A stretch of DNA of 64,000 nt from Lophium mytilinum (taxonomy: Eukaryota). Below, one piece after another: positions 12,254-24,847 of this stretch. Location: contig MU004194.1 in assembly GCA_010093605.1 (NCBI GenBank), positions 782,323-846,322 on the forward strand, read 5' to 3'. A program made the position numbers and the translations under genes. The notes beneath the pieces are model-generated. The model ran no database searches, was not told the DNA's origin, and saw only the letters and a list, made by a program, of their open reading frames with translations. Every line of letters begins with the position of its first letter. Within the stretch, counting starts at the first letter, position 1.

Positions 12254-14465
12254 TACTCGTCTCTTGGTGTCGCGGCGTTATCTTTGGTAATTGAACATTG
12301 CGTAAACCCGATCGGGCTAAATACGCAACGGGGTTGGCGGACGATTTTCCAACAGTTTTTAGTGCGTAGTTGCTGAGTTCTGTCTTGAGTCTGAACAGTA
12401 GCCTGAACGGCGGGTGTCTTAATTTGTTACGAGCGTGTATCAGTAGAATTCATCTAGGCGACTTGGTTTCTTTTGTTACCGTACACTAAAATACCCCTGC
12501 GCACGGTAAGCGTGGGCATTTTGTTTTGTTAGCACTATCAGGCTTAGGGAACAGTAGGCTTTCATTGGGTTTCTTGGTGGTTTGCTGTCTTTCAACCTGG
12601 ATAACACTGAAGCTACCAATCATATTTAATCACAATCGAGGCATGCTTTCATGCGTGGATGGGCTCGAGGTTCCGGACGTGATGTATCAGGTCCGGCTCC
12701 TTTAGCCAACGACGTTGTATTGCGTGCTGACAGAGATCCAGTGAAGCAAGCCCAGTCTTGCAGATATCACAGCTTACGGAAAGGATTTTGTTGACAGATA
12801 TGTACGATGTCGAAGAGAGAAGCTCCCTGGATATGTGACGTCACAATTAATGCTCTCTCGACTCACAGTTTTACAACCCTACTCCCCGTACTTTTCGGCC
12901 TCGTTTTCACAATGAACATCATCGAAGGTCATTGCGAAGCGCATAGGTACAGCCAATCCTCTTATATGTCGCTAGCTACGGCAGTCCTCCGTCGTTGTCA
13001 AATCAATCATTCGTCGCTTCTTACGGTCCCTCCGTATCGCCAAACACTGTAAGGTTCGTCGCCATGGGATCTGGGACATTTCAAAATGGGAACTCTCCAC
13101 GGGAACATTGACACCAGGCATTTCTGAAGTTCTGTGCCTGGGTTGCCCGCTGACCTAGTACTACAGGTAAATCAATGTATGTTTTCGAACATGCCAAACT
13201 TTGCAAGAATATACAATGGCGACGGATACGCTTCGAGAAGCATACGAACCCCGACATCCGAAATTTAACTCGACAACGACAGGGCTGTCGCATCCCGAAA
13301 GGTCCAACCCGAAGCCGCCTTGAGAAGATAGCTCTGTCGTGGAGATGTTCTAAAGTCGTTCAGAGACTTCTCCTTAGAGTACCAAGGAATTAGGAAACCA
13401 TCGTCGATGGAGAGCCTAATTTCCCCTAAACAAGACAGCTAGTTAGCTAGGCTGAGAAAACTCTATCATCTAAGTATGAAGTTATCATCGAATAAATCCA
13501 GGACGTGCTAGAGTGTCAAGAGACCAATCTCAAGGACTGAAATCCCGAGACAAGTCGTCGATGTCCGTCCGGAAAACTTTGCTTCAAGCATATTGGAGTC
13601 TCTTTTCGCACCTCATATGAAGCCCCCGGCGGTCCTCACACTATCCTGTTCTGCATCCACCACAAATATCCTTTCACACAGCACGCTCCTGGGCAGTTCT
13701 CAACGACTCTCTGCCATCAGCACACTTTTCGACAATTCCCCATCTCCACGGCATTTTGAACCTCACTTCTGAGATTCCTCTTCCACTCTCGATCGGGGGG
13801 TCCAGGACATTACATCTCACTCTCTCTGCGATATAAAGATATAAAAGACTACCTGCCACACTTCTTCCATCCGCTAGCTTCCATCATCAAACACTCCTTC
13901 TCCGTCAACTACTTATCTTCCTCAACAACAATTCCTTCATCTTCCTCTCTGACACTATCCTCTTATCTACCTCCACTCACAACCTGCCTTTATCTACCAA
14001 TCCTCTTCCGCGCATGAACGACTCTTGTTCAACCCACCATCTTTCTCCGCCGATACCTTCCTCCATCCACTACCTTCCCCCATCACTACCTTCCTCCACC
14101 CACTCTACTTTACTTCGACATCCAAGAGCACGATACTCAGGACTGTGAGGGCATCAGTAAGGTAAGCCACCTTTCGTGTTCTCGAATTGTCGGGTTTCGT
14201 TTTGAATTGCATGCAAGCAACCACTCTCACTACATCTTCGATATCCCTACTCGATCCCCACAGAGCTCAGTTGTGGTCGCTTCCCTTTGTTGACACCTTC
14301 GCCTCACTCTGAATAATTCATCCCCATCCATACTCTCACCATCTTCATGGTCTTCGTTACCTTCACCACGCAATTTTGGCCTCCTTCACTCACCACTCAA
14401 TTTAGTGGCTAAACTATTCTTAGCCTCTCGACTCATACTCCACCATCCACTATCCTGCTCCCGAT

Positions 14466-17400
14466 ATGCAGCCTACTCCAGATCATCTGAAGTTGCGAGT
14501 CGAGGATGTCGCAGCGACTGGAGCTATGTTCGATTCCATGAACGCTGCCGACGACGATCGCGACACTACCGTCCCGCCTGACTTTGAGGATGATCAGTTC
14601 GATGCCGATGACTATCCATCCGATGAGGAGGCTGAGACACCAAATCCTGGCTTGATGTCCAACCTCGGCGAATCTGCACCGGCCCTTGGCTCTCAACAAG
14701 ATATCGCCAAGGAGGACCGAGACGGGGAACTCCAGGAGCGGCCAGCGCGCGATTCCGAGATGCTCGATCACGACCACCAGGCCTCCAGCCAGATTACCGA
14801 GCTTCCTACCTCCCAGCATCATATCGAAGTCCCCGTTGAGTCGGAGCTCGAAGAACAACCCCATCTGGAGCGCGAACGAAGTCAGCCGGAACGCGAAGAC
14901 AGCACTCAGCAGGAAGTCGACGAACACGATGAACGGATGTTCCGGGGAAACGTTCAACGGGAGTTCCAGGAACAAACTCGGCCAGAACAAGACAGCGAGC
15001 TCCCTGTTGATACCACTGAACATGCTGCGACTACCTATGAGCTAGCGACATCTATCTCAACAGCACCCTTCGTGTCGCAAGATCAAGATGGGGATGTGAC
15101 TATGACTGAGACCACTCCGGCAGTTGAGCCTGAGAAAGCATCGGTATCTACGCCTAACCTTTTGCTGATGAGGAATATGGCTCCACCTCCACCGCGACCC
15201 TTTGGCGCAGGAACTTCCAGCTATCACCAGTACGACTCAATGCAGTACAATGGACCTGCAGCTATCAGTGAGGCTCGGGGTTCATTGTCTTCCCTGGATC
15301 TCGGAACGAGCATGCTGGGCAACCCACGCAAATCAAGTGCAAACATTCAGGCCCGAGATCTTAGGCCTTCCCTGGACCTTGGGACAAGCATGTTGAGTAC
15401 ACCTCGCAACCCAGCAGCCAATTTGTCAACGAGGGACAAGTTCATGAAAATTCAGAGAGCTGCAAAAGAGAGGGCCGCGAAGGTGAAGACTGCGAGTAGG
15501 GACTCGGGATCCATGGCTCGACAGGACACGCCTCGCTTCGATGCTACAGGAGATGTCCTTGCTAAAGAGCGTATAGACGACGAAGATGAGGATCTCTTCG
15601 CCCGTACTCGGTAATCTCTGCTACTCATCAAAATGTTCTTCTCAAGCTGACAGCTGCATCAATTAGATTCATGCAGCGCAAGGCCCAGATCGAAGAGATC
15701 AAGAGGAATCGCGATCTAAGCCTGAGCGAAGACATCGCTTGGATGAAGGCGGTGTCAGCTGAGACCGCTCGCCTGAACAAGCGCAAGGCCGACAAACTCC
15801 GAGAGCAAGAAGACATGATGTCAGGTTTCAACGACGAAGATTCGCTCTTCCTCGCAGAGTCTACGCCGCCGCGAAACGATATCGAGGAGCGATCATATAC
15901 AGGCACACAGTTCTCATGGGACAACGACAGCGGCTATGGAGATCACATGGACCCGAATGACCCAGGGTATATATATATCTTTCCCAATGGTAATGATATG
16001 TTGCTAACAAGTGCCTTTAGTGAGGGGTCCTCATCAGGACGACGTCGCCAAGCCTCTATTCCGCGGAAGACTCCGAAGCCAGACCGCCTCAAGGGCAGTA
16101 TGGAAAGCATGTTGGTCGGGTTCAAGGCCTTTGAAGATGATGGTCCGAAGAAGAAGAGACAGATGCTTGAAGCCGCCCAAGCAGCTTTGCCCAAAGGCAG
16201 AGGGAGGGCGAAGGGAAAGGCCAAAGCCACCGGCAACACCTCCACTGCCAAAAAAGGCCGCGGTGGTGCCAAAGCTGGTGGAAAGGTTGCTAAGAAGGCC
16301 AAGCCCGTGAAATACACCGGACCGAGTATGACGGATGTTGGAAGTTTGTTCACCAGCAACGTTTTCACGGACCAAGAAGGGAACGAGGACCGTTCAGACC
16401 AACCGACCTTCGACAAAGGAAGGAAAGATCAAGCCTTGAAGCAACTTATTGCAAGCGTTCCGTTGGAGCACCAAAAGTCTGCTCGCGCCGACAAAAAGGT
16501 GTTGTTAGCGGCCACGAAGGACTTCACAGGCCACGGCAGCTGCAAACCCGACAATGATGGCAAATGGCTGGTCAGGGGCATGAAGACATCGCTGAAGAGT
16601 TATCAACTTCTCGGAAGCGCTTTCATGCGCCGCCGAGAGACCGCGGCGGAGGAACCCCGTGGAGGCCTGGTAGCGGATCAAATGGGCTTGGGCAAAACAG
16701 TCATGATGTTGGCGAACATCATCAACGGAAAGCCACCAAAAGACAAGAAAGATGGTCGCGCTACCTTGATCGTGGCGAGTCCAGCTCTTGTAGAGCAATG
16801 GAAAGAAGAGATCAAAGCACATTGCCACCCATGGGCTCACGGTGCTATCATGACCTGGCGCGCTGGCAGTCGGCTCGACTCTACCGAAGCCCTAAAAGTC
16901 ATGGATTCGCATGAAATCATCCTCACTACGTACACCGATGTCATGAAATCCTACCCAAAGACGGAGCCACCAATTGAGATTACTGATCCAGAGGAAAAGC
17001 AGGCATGGTGGATGAACGAGTGGGAAGAGAAGCGAGGCCCTCTTCACCGCATGCGCTTCCTCAGGGTTGTTCTGGATGAAGCGCAAGCCATCAAGAACCA
17101 CACCGGCCGTACCTCGATAGCCTGCCGGGGCTTGATGGCTGATCACAAGTGGGCCCTCAGTGGAACGCCTGTCATGAACGGCATCACGGAGCTCTATCCA
17201 TACTTCAAGTTCCTGAACGTTCCTCATACAGGGAGTTTCAAGATCTTCAAGCACAATTACTGCAACAAGTCAGACCCGGATACAACCCAGCGGCTTCTAG
17301 TCCGGCTCAATGCATTCATGATCCGGCGCACCCACAAAGACATCATGTTCGGCGCACCGATCCTGAAGCTCCCGAAAGCTACACCGATTACTCATTGGTG

Positions 17401-18970
17401 CGAATTCAACGACATCGAGCGTAGTGTCTATGAAATTGTGAGGAAGAGATTCATTGCTCGGATCAACTCCTTTGCTGCCGCAGGCCAGCTTGAAAAGAGT
17501 TACACCAACATCTTCGTGTAAGTACTCGTCCTTTAGATCTGACACTCGATACTAATCAGTCTGTGTAGAATGCTGCTTCGACTGCGCCAGCTCACCGGCC
17601 ATATACTGACGCTTCAGCTGACCATGCAAGATCTCTTGGAGATGGAAGATATTGAGCGGTTGAAGCAGCTTACCCAATCTGAGGTGGCTGGTGAGACGGA
17701 TCGTGGACGCCAGATCGTCTCAATTCGCACTCAACTCACCGCCATGATCAAGAAAACCCGGGAAGCTGATAAGAACAAGGCCGCCCCTCGTGATTCTCCG
17801 GCTGAATCAAGCGTTCGACGCAGTCTGTCGACCGACGCCGATCTGGCGGACAAGGAGGACCAAGATGAAGATGATGAAATGGAGGAGGAGGTTTCTAACG
17901 GAGAGGTCAACATTACTACCGGCGGCGGCTTCGGCATGAGATACGAATTCCAACCATACCTCGACACGCTCACCAGTGGCAAGAGGTGGGAGGCCATCAA
18001 GGAAAAAGCCAAGTGCGCCAAATGTCACCAAACACCCATCGACCCGTGGCTCACTGCCTGTTCTCACATCTACTGCCAGGGCTGCCTCGAGGATCTCCAA
18101 CTCGAAGCAGCTACCACCGGTAGAGAGCGCGCGGTCTGCTCTCACTGCGCCCAGATGTTCAGTTACTCAGTCCCATGCAATGACGAAGACGACCGGGAGA
18201 CCCCAGGCCGCGACAGCTCCCTTGACATGACCGGCGACGAAGATTCAGGCACTAGGAACCGCGTTCGACGCTCGCGGAAGAACAAGGAAGTCAGGGCTGA
18301 TAGAGAGACCATTCCAGACGACTGGATCGACATGTGCGGAAATGCTGTGTTGCCGAGTGCCAAAACCCTTGCTATCAAGGCGCAGGTGCTGAACTGGTTG
18401 CATGAGGCACCCGACACGAAGATCATCATCTACACACAGTTCCTTGCCATCATACGCATCCTCACGAAGATCTGCCAGGAGGAGAAGTGGGCGTATTGCG
18501 AATATCACGGGAGCATGAGTCTCACCGCCAGGAGCAACACTATCAAGACCTTCGCAGAGGACCACGGCAAGAAGATTCTCCTGGCGTCGCTCAAGTGCGG
18601 CGGGCTTGGACTCAACCTGACCATGGCTTCTCGCGTCATTGTGGTTGATCCCTGGTGGAATCACGCTATCGAGCAGCAGGCCTTCTGCCGTGTCTTCCGT
18701 TATGGCCAGGAGTCGAAGACCTATATGACCCGCTTCTGTGTCCGGAACACGGTTGATGAGAAACTGATCAATATGCAGGAGCGAAAGACGGCAGAGATTG
18801 ACGAGGTTATGGAGGATGACGGCAAGACTATGAAGAAGTTGGGCATGAAGGACCTCTTGCGACTTTTTGGACCGGTCCGTGAGGCGGAGGATGGAACCCC
18901 CTTCATTTTGGTGGACGACCCTCAGAACAATGGATGCGTCGACCCAGAGTACGAGGACGAGGACCTTTGA
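14466..18970 (+). CDS. SNF2-family ATPase with embedded C3HC4 RING (Rad5/Rad16/Uls1-like)
   Basis: Introns about 15611-15666, 15967-16020 and 17518-17568. GGLVADQMGLGKT (motif I), VVLDEAQAIKN (II), WALSGTP (III), RING CAKC..CSHIYCQGC..CSHC, HelicC GGLGLNL..DPWWN..QAFCRVFRYGQ. Long acidic N-terminus. Confidence 0.92.
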
Positions 18971-20460
18971 AGCGATCCGCTCGAGGGCATGCGGATGGCA
19001 GAGAGGGGTTTGAAGGCCACTAATATGCATATTGATTGCTGCTGAATTACGACCGGGGCATGGTTTCTGTTTCTGGCGTTTGGGTTTGATTTGCCACTTG
19101 TGCCATCAGCTCACGCCGCCTGCGATTTGGACCCTCTGGGGAGTCTTTTTTCAGCAGGCGGAGGGAGCCGGAGGAGGCTTCAGTGGCTCACTAACTGGCA
19201 GGTTTGGGGTTTTTCTCTCTTTTCCTGATGACGGCATCAGATTCGACGGCCTTGGAGATATTTGCTTCGATTTCCACTCTCTAGGTAGCTACAAAGAGCT
19301 AAATAAAAGTTCCTAAGTCAAACAAGGCCCTTTGCAGTGACATCCAAGCCCAAACTAACCACGCAGTACCGTGCCGTTGACACCTGTTTGACACCGTCTG
19401 GGGTGCCCCAATGAGGCCAGTCAAACGCACGAACTTCCTTTTATCCGACCTAAAAGCCCGTTGACGTGCTTCAAACGGTGGTATAAGAGTGTAAGAGGCT
19501 ACCAGACTCTATACGAATCTTGACCAACCATCCATCACCCTTTGTAGAAAGCTCCTTGGACTTCATATCGGAACGAATGCAGACAACCGTATACATCTGC
19601 TTGCCACTGTCAACAGTCCCCTAGTACATTATCAGATATCCGAATGACGCCAAAACTCCCGAAAACCTCGAATCAGCTAGGGCCATATCCCAATAGCTAA
19701 CTTATCTTCACGCCGCTCACGGTAACTCAACAAATGACCCATAACGCACCTCCGATGGCACTCATTCTATGTCTCAGCACATATCAACACCTGGCTTCTT
19801 TTAAATACACCTTTTGACACCGTCTGAAATCCATCAACCCATTATTAGACCACCGAACGAGACGAAAGTGCCCACATCTGTACATGGACTCGTCATCAAC
19901 CCGTATGTTGAGTAGAACACCAGCCGGGAAATCGTGAGGATTTTGCGAGCATTGGAGGGAGTATCGTAACGCGCTTTCGTGAATAATCTCTGCGAGCTAT
20001 GTAGGAGATGGGGGTGTTTCGATGGATCATTTGATTTGCAAACAATAGAGGTGTAGCCAATATAAAATTAGAGACTTAGATGAGTGAAGGTAGTCTACAT
20101 ACCTTGAAGATTATTCGCGCAGTAGATGTAGCCGATCTTGAAAGAGTATACCTGTATTGATTTGAGGGTAGATTGTCTATCTAAGTGCACTAAATATTGG
20201 TAGAGAGCTGAAGAGTTTCTTTCCCGCTCTTTGGGCAATGCGTTTTCTTGTTTGGAATGTTCTCACTCTTTTATGCAGGGAGAGATGGAAGAGATTCTGG
20301 AATACATCGATTTACTCGAAAGGAAAATGCGTTGGCTATGCAGAGATGCCTGGTGAGGACCGCGGAACTGCTAACCACAACTTCCGCGAAGACAAAATGA
20401 CTTCGAGAAGGGGGACAGAAGACAACATTTGATTATGATCTAGTCATGTCCCGTAAACAC

Positions 20461-21812
20461 CTACAACCTCGCCTTTTCGCTGACAATGCTCTCCACCAAC
20501 CTCTCCACCTCCGCCACACTGCCATAACTGCTTTGATACCCCTGCCCAGCATGTCCGTAGCAATGAACAACCCAGCTCCCCTCTATCTTCTCCTTCTCGA
20601 CGCGTGGCCCATCGGTCCGCATCGGCCGCAGCCCTACACCATGGCGGATGACACTGAGCGCCTCGATACCCTTACCATCCGTAAGTTTGGGGTAAAGCCC
20701 TACGCATCGCTTCATGATGCGCACAGCAAGGTTCGGATCCGGCTGCGACTCCCACACATCCTTCTGCAGACAGCCACCTAAGATCGTCCCGCCGCCAACT
20801 GCACGCTGCATAATGTACGTGATCTCATCGGCGGCATCGTCGGTGCCGGAGAGGCCTCCCATGACGCCGGGCTCGTTGCGGACGAGCACGATCTGCCCAC
20901 GGCCTGGAAAGACGGTGGGGTCCATGACGCCGCCTAGCTTACCGGCGGAGAGCCCGGTGCAGTTGATGGTGATGGAGGCGGGGGTTCCGGAGTGGTGCAG
21001 GGCGGCAGCATCACTGATGTGAGAGAGGATGCTGCGTTTGAAGACGACGCCGTTCTTGACGCATTGGCCGAGGAGCCAAGGGAGGTAGATAGCTGTGTTG
21101 ATGCAGACTGAGGTAAAGGTGGTGCCGTACTCGCAGCCTGCAGGGCACTCCGAAGAGGGTATGACGCGGAACTGGGGAAGATGGTGAGATGAAGTTGAGG
21201 CTCTACAAAGGGAGTGCGGTTGGAATGTTGCCTAAGGCTTGAAAGTGTACGAGGAAATGAGAGTGACTGGATCATGCTGAGGGAGACAGAAGTGTCGTTG
21301 CCTGGTCGGACCGCGTCGTGACTAAAAGCAGGCATGACCAGAATATATCTGCTGCCTAAGAGGCATAATACGCAAAAGAAACAACTACTCTGAGAAACTT
21401 ACGTCAGGTACTGTATTTTTGAACCAAGGGTCTTTCTGCGACATGACAGAGCTCGCATCTTTTGAACGCTTGTACAGCACCGTAGGTTGATGGTGGATCC
21501 CAGCCTCCGGTACATTCTTGGCCAGTCGGTCTAAGTCAGCCCAGGTATCCCGTTCAAAGCGGCATAATGCTGTCCCAGGCTCGCCGACGGGTAGGTAATT
21601 AGCACCAGCCCATGGAGATGCGTACTCGATATCATAGTCGCCGGGCATGTGTTTTGCCACGACGGTGATCTTGACGTTTGCATGCTTGGAGAGAACCAGG
21701 GCGCTTGTGAGGCCTAAGACTCCGGCCCTGGGGGCGCAGGATTCAGATAGATGCCTGATAGAGGATACGAGGTTGCCTACCCGATAACAGTGATGTTCGT
21801 CTCAGCCATCAT
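20461..21812 (-). CDS. DAO1: D-amino acid oxidase (FAD-dependent, probably peroxisomal)
   Basis: Introns 21728-21780 and 21172-21402. ITVIGAGVLGL FAD motif, YASPWAGAN, GRGQIVLV, HCYGHAGQGYQSSYG. C-terminal ARL fits PTS1. Confidence 0.93.
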
Positions 21813-22516
21813 GTGATTGGTCTCTATGCACAGAGTCGCTGCACGGTCGAATGATGGCCTAGAAGACTGCTAGTGACAAAAGCTTGAAGGGTTCTGGGCG
21901 AATGGCATGATGAGCTGATAAGTCGATGCCAAAGAAACCCTGAGGGCGGGCACGACACTTCGCGATTGCGGGCTGTGTAGTATGAAAGTTGCATTTACTA
22001 GGATATATATACAGTCTTCTCCCACGTCCGGTGAACCAGCGCTAAAATAACGCCACAAAATTACCGTATAAGGTACTCTTCCCGGACGCCCTCTAGAGAG
22101 GAATAGAGTCTCCTAGCCAATCAGTAGTCAAACCAGCTCAGCAGTAGACCAGAAAAGGACCTTGACCAGGGTCGACTCAGTTTCCGCGCTAGACCACAGG
22201 ACGTGGAAAGAGGCTGTACATAGAAGAATTGTTGCTGTCACAGATGGAGGTTTTGAGCGTACGTAATATCCTTTCTTAACTGCACGTTGTTTCTGGGGAC
22301 GGGGTCTTCTTATCTACCGAGATAACAGAACAACCATGAGTTTGCGGTGGGGCCACGCCCTACGTGGTAGATCCACCTTGCAAGATTAGCCGGGATAGCG
22401 TTTGGGAGTATGAAATGTCTTTATTCGTCTTTGCTACCTGGAATTCATGAAACAATGTATATTAGGCTCTTAGATACTAGTTGCTGTCGTGATCCTGTAC
22501 CGAGTCTTTACTTCGG

Positions 22517-23569
22517 CTACACCTTTACTACCAACTTCTTCCCACTGACACCTTCGATCAACCTATCGAGTGCCCCTTGAATAGCCTCTAAGCCACCATC
22601 AACAATCTCAATCTTTTCTGGCCCAATCAGGTCATTTGCAAGGCCCATTCCCAAATATTTCCCGAAGATGCCATAAAACCATTGCCTGTATTCTTCATTC
22701 TCTGGGTTCTCGAAAGCAGTTGGGAAACTCTCGAATTTCCTTTCCACATTCTTCGGCAGATCTAGCGGCCCAAAAGGCGGCTGCGTAGCGTAGAAGTTGC
22801 CTCCCTGTTCTGCGAGGACTTGGCCGAGAATGGTGGTTACAGATGGGAGGCCGATAGTGTCGAAGACGGCGTCGTATGGCCCTGCTGCTTTGAGCTCTTC
22901 AATGATGGACGAAGCAGGCTGTGTGTGGTCAATGATCTTGGCGGGATGGAGGGAGGTTACGGTGGGAAGATTTTGTGGAGATGAGGTTGTGATAATGGTA
23001 TATCCAGCTCTGGCGGCGAAGTGCACTGCGAAGCCCCCGACGCTGGAAGATCCACCGTAGATCAGAACTTTCTTTTCTTTGTTGGCTGGGTTTGGCCCTT
23101 TGGGATTCGGACGGTCCAACCTAAGGAAGATAGCAAGTGCGGAGACCGCAGTGGCGAGATTGGTGATGGCTGCTGCTCCCGCCTCGAAAGTGACGTTGTC
23201 TTCAAGTTTGGCGGTCAAATGTGCGTCGGCGATAACATACTTCTGATACGATCCAGTACTGGTTTGTTCGAATGCCTTTGCTGGGTCCTTGCCCCCGCCG
23301 GAAGATCGGTGGACTGCAACGCGATCACCAGCCTTGAAGTCAGTGACCGAGGAGCCAACCTGCTCCACTGTGCCGGCAAAGGACATGCCCAGTATATTTG
23401 GGTACGGTATCGGGAAGACCTTGAACTTCTGGAGCTTGGCTTCGATAGGATTCAAGCCAATGGCGCCAGTCTTTATCAAGAGCTGATTGGGCGTAGGGGT
23501 AGGAGTCTCTGCTGAATCCAGCGTGAGATTGGCCCCTGCGGACTTGATCCACGCTGCTTGGTTGGACAT
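22517..23569 (-). CDS. MDR-superfamily oxidoreductase (trans-enoyl reductase-like/quinone reductase)
   Basis: Single-exon 350 aa. GLNPIE, ILGMSFAGTVEQVGSSVTDFKAGDRV, VLIYGGSSSVG, GVSGKKLVV. Confidence 0.9.
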   Translation of the reverse strand: MSNQAAWIKSAGANLTLDSAETPTPTPNQLLIKTGAIGLNPIEAKLQKFKVFPIPYPNILGMSFAGTVEQVGSSVTDFKAGDRVAVHRSSGGGKDPAKAFEQTSTGSYQKYVIADAHLTAKLEDNVTFEAGAAAITNLATAVSALAIFLRLDRPNPKGPNPANKEKKVLIYGGSSSVGGFAVHFAARAGYTIITTSSPQNLPTVTSLHPAKIIDHTQPASSIIEELKAAGPYDAVFDTIGLPSVTTILGQVLAEQGGNFYATQPPFGPLDLPKNVERKFESFPTAFENPENEEYRQWFYGIFGKYLGMGLANDLIGPEKIEIVDGGLEAIQGALDRLIEGVSGKKLVVKV

Positions 23570-24704
23570 GACTGATGATTGAAGAGGAGGAATGATCAGG
23601 GTTGGATGATAGATGTTTTAGAGTGAAGTGAGGTTATGGAAATGGTAGTATCGAGTGTAGGACGACCGAGAGCAAGACTGTGTGCAGGATGCTCGATTGT
23701 TGTAGGAAGGACCTCTATCTATGTGTATTATATATGTGTATGTTGACATTGTATCGGACGGCATATTTGCCTCTGCGCCTCCGACTGCCGGCCTAGCCAG
23801 TTGGTCAGCGAAGTTCCAGCACGATACATGAGTGGATGGTTGGGGTAAGACTATAGGGATCAGGCCAGATATGGTCTCGCCTCGCGACTTACTTTCACCG
23901 AGCGTTGGAAATCCAACTGTATGCCGCGCGTAGAAGACGGACAACAGACAAAGGACGTCTGAGAAGTTGGCCATACCTCTCAGCAGCAATCTAGCGTGTC
24001 GAGTGTGCAGGATGGCACTGTTGGAGCAGGTCACGTGCAAGAGTATGTCACGTGACTTGGCGACTCTCATGATCTCGGAAAGCGCCAGTGATAGAAGTGA
24101 TGGCTCTGATACCTCGATGAAACAGCCCAGATCACTCGGTTCATCACGTTTAATCCTGTGCGACATGGGAATTTGCGTGCCTTGGTGCCTGGTGCTGGTG
24201 CCGGTGGAAGGAGTCGAGGGCTGCAAATGCGGAGAGGCTTCACCCCCGGCCTAGCTCGACGCCCATTGGCCAGGCAGGCTCGACGCGACAGGCAGGACAC
24301 CACATGCTCCCATAGGAAATAGCTAGAACTCGGTCGGTCCTGCTGCTGCTGTCTTCTGACTGCCCTCGGTCAAGCTGCATCTCTCGCGCACGACTGTGCT
24401 GTGCTTTGCTCGCCCGCCAAACCCGACCGCGCACTCTGCAATCGTCGTGCAAGCAGCGGCGGCGTTGCAGTACGTTTGTCTTTGAGCTTGCCAAAGAGGC
24501 ATAGCGCGGTATTGTACCAGCTTACGTTGGGGCCAGGTACATGGGTATCGTCATAAGAATACTCCCTCTTCACTTGCGACAATAGCTATTGTCGCGCGGA
24601 CGCTGGCTCGCCCCAGCCATCTTCTAAAAAATACTTCGCCGCCGCAACTCGGACAGAACTCTATGCATAAAACTTTCTTTTCTACACCTCTTCCTCACGC
24701 CCTC

Positions 24705-24809
24705 CTCTCACACAATCCTTCCTCACACAATCCGCTCTCTCACAATCCACTCTCTCACAATCCGCTCTCACCAAATCCTCGATCACACAGTCCTACTTCA
24801 CAAAACCCT
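24705..24809 (+). repeat. Degenerate 15-bp tandem repeat, about 7 copies (consensus CTCTCWCACAATCCN)
   Basis: ctctcacacaatcct/tcctcacacaatccg/ctctctcacaatcca/ctctctcacaatccg/ctctcaccaaatcct/cgatcacacagtcct/acttcacaaaaccct. Confidence 0.85.
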
Positions 24810-24847
24810 CCATTCACACAACGTCCTCCGCTCGATCGCAATCAAAA

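Noticed and set aside
14014..14148. Upstream ATG that might extend the SNF2 gene through intron 14162-14423
   Set aside because: The frame hits TGA before the donor; at most a uORF.
23618..24226. 202-aa minus-strand ORF
   Set aside because: No motifs; sits in the divergent promoter between the MDR and OTU genes.
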